Virus record (IMG/VR): IMGVR_UViG_3300042291_000844
Location: 32,001 to 96,000 of that record
Source of the DNA: a virus
Lineage: Duplodnaviria; Caudoviricetes
Direction: 5' to 3' (one strand)
DNA: 64,000 nt
Shown here piece by piece: positions 48,682 to 57,588 of the stretch (position 1 is the stretch's first letter; every line of letters begins with the position of its first letter). The position numbers and the translations under genes were made by a program. Below the pieces are notes generated by a model that ran no database searches, was not told where the DNA came from, and worked only from the letters and a program-made list of their open reading frames with translations.

Positions 48682-49864
48682 ATTCCCAATTTTTTAATTT
48701 ATAATGAATATACATATTTCTATAATATTCACCTTCAAATTCATCTTTTCTTCCGTGTAAACAAACGGCAGATTCGTACAATAATACATCTCCTATTTCC
48801 ATATAAATAGTATGGAGGTTTCCATTATGGTCTTCTATTTGTAACCCCCAATCATTTCCATCGCCTAAATTTTTATCTATCATAATAATAGATGATATAT
48901 GATGAGTTTCAAGTCTATCGTAATGTGATACTAATTTAGCACCTTTATTATAACTTCGGATACCATAGATATATGTAGGTTCGATTTCTTCACCACACCA
49001 ATTACTATGTATTGATTGTAACTTTTTATGTAAATTATTTTTTAATTCTGGAATCGTATCTAATGGTAATATATCAGATGTATTATTATTACCTAATATA
49101 ATACTTTTTTTATGTTCAAATAATTCTTCTGTTTTATTATTTTTAACTGATTCGTACATTGTATTTACTAATTCTAAATCTTCAACTGACAATTTGGTTA
49201 GTAAAAACCCAGTTTCACTTAGTTTTGGTAACCCATCTTTTGTAGAAAATTTATTTTTTAATGATTTTATTTTTGGATATTTTGCATCGTATAATTTTAA
49301 ATCTAACGTTGAATTCCACGGCTTTTCTCTAACCCATATTGTTATAATATATTTAGAACCATCTATTACATCACACCCCTCATGTAACGAATCGGTTGTC
49401 GGTATACCATCAACCATATTTTGCCACGCAATCGCAGTTCCAATTTTTGGAGTAAACGTTAAATCTAAATTATGAAATTTAGTTTCACCACCCACAACGT
49501 CCTCATTTAAATAAATCATAACCGTCCAACATCTATTACCTGAATGTAAACAATGTTGTTCATATGAATGTTCATTAAACCAATCGTGATGTTGTCTAAA
49601 AAATTGTCCTTTTTTATATACTTGTCCTTGAACACTTTCTATATGATTAGCAGGTAATCCTACTTCTTTTGTAACTTTTTGTTTTATTTTTTGCGTAATA
49701 AATTGTCCTTCTTTAATATTAGAAGTTGAACTTGTTCTAGCATCATGTAATACACCAACATAATTACCGACCACAGTACTTGGTTGATTATTTGCATCAA
49801 TTTGTTTTATTAAATCAATACATTCATCGTTAGATAAAAAATTATCAATTTGTCGTATTATCAT
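48665..49864 (-). CDS. Prolyl 4-hydroxylase with a second 2OG-Fe(II) domain
   Basis: Domain 1: RTSS, Q...Y..GQ.F..HHDWF, R..T..IYLN....GGET.F, H....V..G.K...T.W.R; domain 2: SHYD...HG. Confidence 0.88.
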   Translation of the reverse strand: MIIRQIDNFLSNDECIDLIKQIDANNQPSTVVGNYVGVLHDARTSSTSNIKEGQFITQKIKQKVTKEVGLPANHIESVQGQVYKKGQFFRQHHDWFNEHSYEQHCLHSGNRCWTVMIYLNEDVVGGETKFHNLDLTFTPKIGTAIAWQNMVDGIPTTDSLHEGCDVIDGSKYIITIWVREKPWNSTLDLKLYDAKYPKIKSLKNKFSTKDGLPKLSETGFLLTKLSVEDLELVNTMYESVKNNKTEELFEHKKSIILGNNNTSDILPLDTIPELKNNLHKKLQSIHSNWCGEEIEPTYIYGIRSYNKGAKLVSHYDRLETHHISSIIMIDKNLGDGNDWGLQIEDHNGNLHTIYMEIGDVLLYESAVCLHGRKDEFEGEYYRNMYIHYKLKNWEYESNV

Positions 49865-49870
49865 ATTTTA

Positions 49871-51520
49871 TTAGTCTTGTGCTTTTATTTCTGCTCTATT
49901 GTGTACTAATATTCCATTACCAAAATAAACATCATCTTCTTCAATTCCAAGTGATACTGTATTTAAACTTTCATTTATTATATCGATGGTTTCAATTAAT
50001 ATAAATTCATCATTATTATTTAATAATAAATCACCTTCTATTAAATTTTTAACCTGTAAGAATATTACTTCATTATTTCTTTTAACTAAAATTGGATGTT
50101 CGTATGTTACTCTTAATAATCCATTATTTATGGAATAATACCAACTATATGAACCGTGAATTAATCTATTAACTACCGAAGTTGATTTTGTATATTGTAA
50201 ATCGTTAGTTGCAAATATTTCCCAATTTTCTTCTATATTTTTATCTAATCCTGTTATAGAAAGACTCATTACCACATCTCCCATTTCTAAATTTTCAATT
50301 AATTTAGTAGAACCATCACTCATTAAAATTTCACTTCCATATGATAAACAAGGAGCACAACCTGAATTCTGACATTCTTGTAAACTTGTGTATATACCAA
50401 ATACATTATCAATTTCACATACCCCATTATTACAACTATATAAATCCCCAACCGGTGGGAAATAAGTAGGTACAGTTGGTATAGTTGGAGCTACATAAGT
50501 AGGAGTTACATCCGGAGCCGGAGTTACTTGTGGTGTTACATTTGGAGCAGCGTCACAATTTATATTTCTAACTTCAACCACCGATATATTATACGAACTA
50601 TCGTACACCGCAACATAATAATTTCCATTTGCTAATTGATATGCACTTTGATTTAAATTATATGCGTTAGGGTCATTAAAATTAATTGCTTGATTACCAA
50701 TGTGATAAACATAATTTCCAGAACCACCACTTACGGTCACTATATCAATATATCCATTACCTGCATAACCAAAACAACCTACATTAAGTGTCATTGATAA
50801 GAAATACGCAGCAGGAGTAACATTTGGAGCTGGAGTTACTTGTGGTGTAACATTTGGAGCTGGAGTTACTTGTGGTGTAACATTTGGAGCTGGAGTTACT
50901 TGTGGCGTTACGTTTGGAGCCGGAGTTACTTGTGGTGTTATGGCTGGTGATGGAGTAAATCCACAAGCCAATGCACATGTGTTATATCGAGTAGTCTTTA
51001 ATAAAACTGCAATACCTGGAGATGCTTGGTCAAGAATTTTATAATTATAAGTCAACTCATTATCAGCAGTTCTATAAAATCTATTTAATAAAACAGTTGT
51101 ATCAATTGGAAATGCAACAAGTACTTCAGATTGTGAAACTGTACCACAATTACTACACACATATTCATCTGCTAAATAAAAATCATATGGGTAATATGCA
51201 GGTGTAACATTTGGAGCAGGAGTTACCTGTGGTGTAACATTTGGAGCTGGAGTTACTTGTGGTGTTACATTAGGAGCAGGTGTTACGTTTGGAGCCGGAG
51301 TTACTTGTGGTGTTACGTTTGGAGCCGGAGTTACTTGTGGTGTAACATTTGGACTTGGTGAACCGCTACCCCTACCATAAAACTCATCCATCCCATGCGG
51401 TTTTGTAGGAATTCCATAAGCAATCGCAGCAGTATCTAAATCTATTTGAGTACCAGATGGGACAGCCCTATCGGTATTCATATTATCCATTGAAATTTGT
51501 CCTGATGCTGGTAACGCCAT
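49871..51520 (-). CDS. Pro/Thr-repeat virion (tail-fibre-associated) protein with C-terminal Hint domain
   Basis: MALP.SG.IS...FYG N-terminus; 21 VTP units; Cys-rich spacers; CL..GS.I.M.DG, TYEHP, VHN Hint blocks. Confidence 0.8.
   Translation of the reverse strand: MALPASGQISMDNMNTDRAVPSGTQIDLDTAAIAYGIPTKPHGMDEFYGRGSGSPSPNVTPQVTPAPNVTPQVTPAPNVTPAPNVTPQVTPAPNVTPQVTPAPNVTPAYYPYDFYLADEYVCSNCGTVSQSEVLVAFPIDTTVLLNRFYRTADNELTYNYKILDQASPGIAVLLKTTRYNTCALACGFTPSPAITPQVTPAPNVTPQVTPAPNVTPQVTPAPNVTPQVTPAPNVTPAAYFLSMTLNVGCFGYAGNGYIDIVTVSGGSGNYVYHIGNQAINFNDPNAYNLNQSAYQLANGNYYVAVYDSSYNISVVEVRNINCDAAPNVTPQVTPAPDVTPTYVAPTIPTVPTYFPPVGDLYSCNNGVCEIDNVFGIYTSLQECQNSGCAPCLSYGSEILMSDGSTKLIENLEMGDVVMSLSITGLDKNIEENWEIFATNDLQYTKSTSVVNRLIHGSYSWYYSINNGLLRVTYEHPILVKRNNEVIFLQVKNLIEGDLLLNNNDEFILIETIDIINESLNTVSLGIEEDDVYFGNGILVHNRAEIKAQD
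50500..51356 (-). repeat. Three blocks of 30-bp tandem repeats encoding PNVTPQVTPA
   Basis: TGGAGTTACTTGTGGTGTAACATTTGGAGC-type units at about 51198-51356, 50808-50946 and 50500-50552. Confidence 0.95.
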
Positions 51521-54500
51521 TACTTATTCTCTTTTAACTCGTTAATTTCTTTTTTTAATTCCTTAATACATTCAACTAATAAAGGTACGATTTTTTCGTA
51601 TTTTATAGCAAGATATCCATCATCTCTTATTGCAACAACTTCAGGTAGAATTCCTTGTACTTGTTGAGCAATTAAACCCACATCGTGTTTTCTAAAAAAA
51701 TAATCATCTTCACCCTTACCATTACTTTCTCTTTGGATATATTCATCTGTCCAATCAAATTCTACTCCATCTAATTTTTCTATTTTATCAAGTGCGTTAT
51801 CTATTGGTATAATATTTTCTTTTAATCTTTTATCTGATGATGCAAATGCAGTTATGTTTCCTGTTGCAGTAATACCACCTCCGACTTCTACAAAAGTATC
51901 TTGAACTGTTCTTGCAACTTTAATATACCTAAGATTACTTGCTACGACTTGAAACCCACCGGGAACTAATTCTACTCTATTATCATCCTTCGATAATGTT
52001 ATTGAATTAATTTTAGGAGTATTGAATGATACATATAATGAAAATGTAGATACCGAACCAAAATAATCACGAGATACAGTTGAAAACGCAGTACTAATAT
52101 ATGGTACAAAATAATATGTTGTTGAAGCAGCAGCAGTAAAGTTTCCCTGAAACGTCCTTGAAGTACCCGTACCATCTGACCCATATACACCAACTGATTT
52201 AGAATAAGAAGTAGTATCCTCAAAGTCATCAATTCCACCAAAAGTTGTTCCAAAATTTGCAACTTCAGTACCAGTGGTACTACCTGCTCTAACCGATACA
52301 CCTGCAGTGATTTGAGTGTTTGCAAAATTTATTTTTGATTGCTGACCTCCGAAGTAGTATTGGTAAGGATTGTAAGGGTCATAAGCTTGTGTAATGTATG
52401 CAGTTACTGCCGCTAATTGTGCTTGACTTATTACGATATCCAGATTATATATTCCCGCATTAGTTATAGTTACAGCAGGAGCAGAGGTTAAACTATAAAG
52501 TCCCCCAGCTAGTATGTTGACACTAAGATAAGTACTACTAGCATTATTTGCTGTTTGAACATCATTAAGAGTGGCGGTATGGGGGATACCAGAGGTTGTT
52601 ATCCCTGAACCACCTGTTCCAAAATTGGTCAATGAAGCCTGATTACTTACTAATACTCTTAAAGTGTTAGATGTATCATAAATTTCTAAACCAGGAGTTG
52701 TTGCTGATGGATTTAATTTTATACTATTAGAATTAGATGAGAGGGTTGTTTGGTTAATTGTCCACCCACCGATAACCCCAGCACCTGCAGTAATAGTAGC
52801 ACCGGTAATCGTACCACCGGTAATACTACCACCGGTAATACTACCACCATTAATACTAGTTCCAGTTATAGTACTAGCAGCAAGTGTTCCACTAATTGTT
52901 GCACCCGCGGCATTTAGTACGCCGGCCGCAGTTACACTAAATGGTGCAGAATTAAATGCGGAATTTCCTAACCAAATTCCAGTTGTATCTGCTTTAAAAA
53001 TACTAGTTCCACTTCCGATTGAAATTGTACCTCCACTAAGTTCACCTGTAAATGTACCCGCACCATTAATAGTTAAAGATGAACCATCCCATTTTAATGA
53101 ATTAGTAGCAGATTTTAAAGATAATCTATATACGGGTGCGTTACTAACATTAACTACCCCCATAAAAATACCATTTACATCGTATCCTTGTGAACCAGCA
53201 GTTGCACTTTGACCGATAGATATATACGGATATGCACTACCACCTGCTAAAGTAATATTTGCTGCTGCCATTGCACCATTCGAATTCGTACCAATGTTTA
53301 AAGTTTTTTGAACAAACGAATCTTCAAATATACCTATTTTAGCTGCTACAAAGAAATCCTGTGCACCTAACGATATCCAACCCGTTTGTGCTGCTTGATG
53401 TGGTGCACCATTTATTACATTTCCTGTTGCTGAAAGATGTTGTCTAGTTGTTGCGTAATATGTATTATAAGGAGCATTTCCATCCGAACTCCATAAGACA
53501 GTATCTCTTCTACCAGTCCCCGTTGTTAACCCATCTGAAAATTGATATGTTCTACCACTCACCCAAACTCCGGTATGAACCACACCAGGACCGGTCTGAC
53601 CATTGGCACCCGGTGAACCATCATCTCCATCAGTTCCATTCGTTCCATTCGTTCCATTTACTACTTTTGTAAATCTAACAACAATAGTTTGAGAACCACT
53701 CGTTCCTTCACTATCGGTATAACTAACTACGATAGTAGCAGAAGCCTCTGCCGCATTCATTACAGCTGTGGAAGTATTTAATATATTATTATTTCCACCT
53801 ATGTTTGGATTTGTTGAAAACCCACTATATGTCGCAGTCATTGAATCAAATCTACTAGTAGTTCCTTCTAATGCAGAAATTGTAACATTTGTTAAAGTTC
53901 CTGTTTGAGTACCTGCAGAATTTGCTAATACTGATTGTGCTTGCGGTGTTGCAGTTACTATAATATTTGGAACTGCTTTTTTAACTTTTGATAAACTTAA
54001 CGTATCAGTTAAAGTCCTACTCGTTCCTTCCGAATCAGTTACTACTGCAGTTATTGTAATCGTAGATGAAGCTACCCCACTTGGTAATGTTCGTAAACCA
54101 AGAACTGGGTCTGAAACTAATCGTATCAACCCACTTGCGGCAGTTGTTGCTATTGATGCAATATCCGAAGATGTTGCAGTCAATGACGTTATTGTTTTAT
54201 TTGTTGTAGACCCATTATAAGTTTCTTTTACAATTACACTTACATCTACAAAGGGGTCTAATTGAACTCCTGTTGACTTTGCAGTTACACTTTGGTCTTT
54301 TGGTGTTGATGATATAGCTAAAACCGGTGCAGCCTTTTTAATTTTTGTTAATGAAACACCTCCAAATACATTTCTACTAGTTCCTTCGGAATCCGTTACC
54401 GAGCCCGTTATAGAAAGTTCAACCGAATCCGTTCCGGTTACCATATTTGGATATGCTAAATTTGTAGTTGTTTTTGTTATAGGTGTAAATGCTGAACTAC

Positions 54501-57333
54501 TATTAATTGTTGGTGCATTTGCTAAAGTTAGGGTTGAGGTAACCCCATTATATTGTTCTTTTACTGATAAACTAGAATTAGCAAATGCAGTAATTTGTGT
54601 ACCTATTGATGTTGAATCAGTTGATTGATTATTATTTCCAATTACAAATTCTAATACAGGTGCAGCTTTTTTAACTTTTGAATAAGTTATTTCTTTTGAA
54701 GAACTAATTATAGTTCCACCGCCATCCTGATATTTTACTAATAAAGTCAAAGAACCACTATCTTGACTTAAAGCATTTATTGAATAATTTGTTCCGTTAA
54801 ATGTATTAGCAGTTAAACCTGAAGTTGTTAAAATACTTGCACTAAATGAATTATTAGTAATAGGAGATGCATAACTTATAACTTCATTACCAACTTTAAC
54901 TGTTATAGAACCGCTACTTGCAACAAACCCGCCTATTACCGAACCAACCGAATTAGCAGGAAAAGATGTATTCTCATTACTTGTTGCAACTGAAAACCCA
55001 TCTAATATTTTTATGGGAGTTATTTTAATTGCATCTGAAAATTTATTTCCAAATTGGTCAGAACCAGTTATTGAATAAACCGCTTCTCCAATTCTATAAT
55101 CAAAATTAGTTCCGTTTATAATATATGTATCTACTCCATTTGTTGGATTAGCCACCCCAACTTGTGTTAATAATGGTGCAGGATATAAAACCGAAGATGA
55201 TACTATATTTACCTCTAATGGAGTTGAAGCAGATGCTAAATTTTTTCTTTTAGCTTCTATTGTTATTATTTGACCACTTGGATTTAGGGATAAATCAGTT
55301 GCTTTATAAATAAATTGATTTGTATTTGCAGTTACAAATACACCAGGTGCGTTATCACCATCTTCAAATCTATAAATGGTTTCAAACTCATTTAATCCAT
55401 CACATGATGCAGTATAAGTTATAGAACCAACTAATACCGATGCAACACTACCACTAAAATTAGCAATAGTTAAACTTGCACCACCCTCTCCTGCGTTTGT
55501 TAAAAGACCAGGATATGTTCCCGCATAACTAGCAGGAACTATATAATTACCATTTGAATCAAACGCAGCTGATGCGTAAGTAACTGAACCTGTTAAATTT
55601 TGTTTTGTTACTTTAAATCCAATTTGTTGAAAAGCAGGATTACCAAATGAACCACTGCTAAAACGAAATGCAGTTCTATCTGATTCAAATGTTAAGATTT
55701 TTGATGTGGTTGTAAAACTATTACCACCATTAAATGTTTTTGAAGTTTTTACATCAACGGGAATATAGTTGTTATTTATATCGTAAAATTCAAATTTGAA
55801 ATCATATGTCTCACTTGCAAGTTTACGAGGAATATCTTGTATTAAAGTAAATTCATCAGGTGAAAATGAAGTTTCTTGTGCGTTTTGTAAACTTACATTT
55901 GCCAAATACCAATCATCCCCCGCAAACTCAAATACTAATTTAGCATCTCCGGTCTTAGTGGCCTTTACATTTTGAGTTACGTTTTGTTTTGTAGTATATA
56001 TCGCCGAATTAGTGACATTTACAATAGTTTGTTGCGGATACGCCGAACCACTAAAATAAGCTTTTAAAGTTTTAGTTGAATCATTTGAACCACTTAGGAG
56101 TGTTTTAAATGAAAGGGTATACTCTACGCCCTCAGTCAGAGACAGGGATTGGGATGTGATTAAAAGGGCGGTATTATCATAATTTGTACCACTATAATCT
56201 ACGTGAACCGATGCGTTTAATTTATCAACATTTATTGTCATTGGATGTGTATTCGAACCACTTACCCAATAATTTTTTATATTTGTATCCGTAAACTGAC
56301 CGTAAGATAATTCCGTAGTAGCAGTTGTAGTTACATCTTTTAGTATTTCTGATGATTCTAATTTAGTATCTTGTATGAACTGATAATCACCAACTTCGTT
56401 TCTAGATTTTCTATAAACCTTTACTCTTGCTACATCACCAACAAATGTTTTTAAATCTGATAATTGAATTTTAGCAAAAGAACCCGTCAATGCTGATGTT
56501 TCAAATGTTTGTCCTTCAATGTGGTCAAATGTAGTTGTATATGCCGTAGCAGGAAAATTTGAAACGGAGGATGATATTAGATACGGAACATCTACAAATA
56601 CCTCTTTATTATTTAGGACTTCTCTTACAGTTGCGGAATACCCTAGTGATGGTATTTCTATCGTATTTTCATCAACTGATGATGTCCAATTTGAACCATC
56701 AGTAATTTTCAATTTATATAAAGTTCCGGCTGTCCAATTTCTAATATCAGTACCATACACCGGTTGTTGTGGTATACCCTCAACCAATCCCGTTTGAGTA
56801 ATTGATGGGGTTGTTATGTTAAAAATGGGCTTGTTTATCTCATCAATTGTAATTTTAGGTCTTTGGTAAAACCTAACAATAGTTTCATTAGCAAGATTTT
56901 TATTTACATTAAACGTTCTTTCCCACTTAATATTATAGATACCACGCCACTCTTCAGGAACATCCCTAACTACTCCATTCTCGTCAATATAGGTCTTTAA
57001 TTCACCTAATACAGTAATTTTTCCTAAACCAATAGGAGTATCCTCATAGACGTGAACTGATACAATTTTTGAAATTCCTTCGTAATATTCTGGTATACCA
57101 TTACCCGGCTCGTAATAAATCGGTGTTCCGGTTACGTCCAATATCTCAATCTTAATTTCAGTTGTTTCCTTTAAATGCTCAGAACCCTCTATAAGAAACC
57201 CATTCTTACCACCGGTGAGGGTATCTTTGAATTCGGTTATTCTAAAATATTCAGACGTTCTAACTTGGTCATTTATAAATGTACCAAAGTTTGATAAGTT
57301 TTGATACGAAGCGAACGATTTAATTATTGCCAT
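51520..57333 (-). CDS. Long tail fibre / tail-tip protein with C-terminal peptidase S74 chaperone
   Basis: 1937 aa; repeated (S/T)K(V/I)KKA(A/V)P and TDSEGTS units, short G-X-Y run, SDKRLKENI...GLIAQ.V....PEVV...Y.K.VPLL.E.IKEL. Confidence 0.88.
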   Translation of the reverse strand: MAIIKSFASYQNLSNFGTFINDQVRTSEYFRITEFKDTLTGGKNGFLIEGSEHLKETTEIKIEILDVTGTPIYYEPGNGIPEYYEGISKIVSVHVYEDTPIGLGKITVLGELKTYIDENGVVRDVPEEWRGIYNIKWERTFNVNKNLANETIVRFYQRPKITIDEINKPIFNITTPSITQTGLVEGIPQQPVYGTDIRNWTAGTLYKLKITDGSNWTSSVDENTIEIPSLGYSATVREVLNNKEVFVDVPYLISSSVSNFPATAYTTTFDHIEGQTFETSALTGSFAKIQLSDLKTFVGDVARVKVYRKSRNEVGDYQFIQDTKLESSEILKDVTTTATTELSYGQFTDTNIKNYWVSGSNTHPMTINVDKLNASVHVDYSGTNYDNTALLITSQSLSLTEGVEYTLSFKTLLSGSNDSTKTLKAYFSGSAYPQQTIVNVTNSAIYTTKQNVTQNVKATKTGDAKLVFEFAGDDWYLANVSLQNAQETSFSPDEFTLIQDIPRKLASETYDFKFEFYDINNNYIPVDVKTSKTFNGGNSFTTTSKILTFESDRTAFRFSSGSFGNPAFQQIGFKVTKQNLTGSVTYASAAFDSNGNYIVPASYAGTYPGLLTNAGEGGASLTIANFSGSVASVLVGSITYTASCDGLNEFETIYRFEDGDNAPGVFVTANTNQFIYKATDLSLNPSGQIITIEAKRKNLASASTPLEVNIVSSSVLYPAPLLTQVGVANPTNGVDTYIINGTNFDYRIGEAVYSITGSDQFGNKFSDAIKITPIKILDGFSVATSNENTSFPANSVGSVIGGFVASSGSITVKVGNEVISYASPITNNSFSASILTTSGLTANTFNGTNYSINALSQDSGSLTLLVKYQDGGGTIISSSKEITYSKVKKAAPVLEFVIGNNNQSTDSTSIGTQITAFANSSLSVKEQYNGVTSTLTLANAPTINSSSAFTPITKTTTNLAYPNMVTGTDSVELSITGSVTDSEGTSRNVFGGVSLTKIKKAAPVLAISSTPKDQSVTAKSTGVQLDPFVDVSVIVKETYNGSTTNKTITSLTATSSDIASIATTAASGLIRLVSDPVLGLRTLPSGVASSTITITAVVTDSEGTSRTLTDTLSLSKVKKAVPNIIVTATPQAQSVLANSAGTQTGTLTNVTISALEGTTSRFDSMTATYSGFSTNPNIGGNNNILNTSTAVMNAAEASATIVVSYTDSEGTSGSQTIVVRFTKVVNGTNGTNGTDGDDGSPGANGQTGPGVVHTGVWVSGRTYQFSDGLTTGTGRRDTVLWSSDGNAPYNTYYATTRQHLSATGNVINGAPHQAAQTGWISLGAQDFFVAAKIGIFEDSFVQKTLNIGTNSNGAMAAANITLAGGSAYPYISIGQSATAGSQGYDVNGIFMGVVNVSNAPVYRLSLKSATNSLKWDGSSLTINGAGTFTGELSGGTISIGSGTSIFKADTTGIWLGNSAFNSAPFSVTAAGVLNAAGATISGTLAASTITGTSINGGSITGGSITGGTITGATITAGAGVIGGWTINQTTLSSNSNSIKLNPSATTPGLEIYDTSNTLRVLVSNQASLTNFGTGGSGITTSGIPHTATLNDVQTANNASSTYLSVNILAGGLYSLTSAPAVTITNAGIYNLDIVISQAQLAAVTAYITQAYDPYNPYQYYFGGQQSKINFANTQITAGVSVRAGSTTGTEVANFGTTFGGIDDFEDTTSYSKSVGVYGSDGTGTSRTFQGNFTAAASTTYYFVPYISTAFSTVSRDYFGSVSTFSLYVSFNTPKINSITLSKDDNRVELVPGGFQVVASNLRYIKVARTVQDTFVEVGGGITATGNITAFASSDKRLKENIIPIDNALDKIEKLDGVEFDWTDEYIQRESNGKGEDDYFFRKHDVGLIAQQVQGILPEVVAIRDDGYLAIKYEKIVPLLVECIKELKKEINELKENK

Positions 57334-57353
57334 TGGAATCCTTTGTTATAGCA

Positions 57354-57388
57354 ATAAATATAAGTAAAAAAGATTGTATTATATTTAT
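57354..57388. promoter_or_regulatory. Divergent pair of ATATTTAT motifs
   Basis: Minus-strand copy 57354-57361 before tail fibre; plus-strand copy 57381-57388 before RHH gene. Confidence 0.5.
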
Positions 57389-57417
57389 TCTATGGAAACC
57401 CATAGAAACCAATAGAA

Positions 57418-57588
57418 ATGAACAAATATACGACAATTCAAATAAAAAAAGATACCCATGCACTTCTACAAGAATATTGTAGAGAACACGGGTATACGTT
57501 AAGTGGGTTGGTAGACTCGTTAATTAAACAAAGAATTAACAAACCTAAACCAACCAATATATTAGCGGTTAAAACTTTACATAGCTAA
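57418..57588 (+). CDS. Ribbon-helix-helix DNA-binding protein (56 aa), missing from the ORF track
   Basis: MNKYTTIQIKKDTHALLQEYCREHGYTLSGLVDSLIKQ: alternating beta strand, helix, G turn, helix. Confidence 0.7.
   Translation: MNKYTTIQIKKDTHALLQEYCREHGYTLSGLVDSLIKQRINKPKPTNILAVKTLHS

Noticed and set aside
49898-50350. Canonical splicing intein or homing element
   Set aside because: No endonuclease domain, +1 residue is Arg rather than Cys/Ser/Thr, and the C-extein is only 7 aa; kept as a Hint autocleavage domain
50500-51356. N-V-T units as N-glycosylation sequons
   Set aside because: Each is followed by Pro, which disfavours N-glycosylation, and no oligosaccharyltransferase is seen in the window
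53585-53658. Collagen-like G-X-Y run as the main P4H substrate
   Set aside because: Only about eight triplets with a single Y-position Pro; the adjacent VTPAP protein is a much richer target
57418-57588. RHH gene as the antitoxin of a toxin-antitoxin pair
   Set aside because: No co-oriented downstream toxin ORF; the gene runs into the end of the Mre11-Rad50 gene
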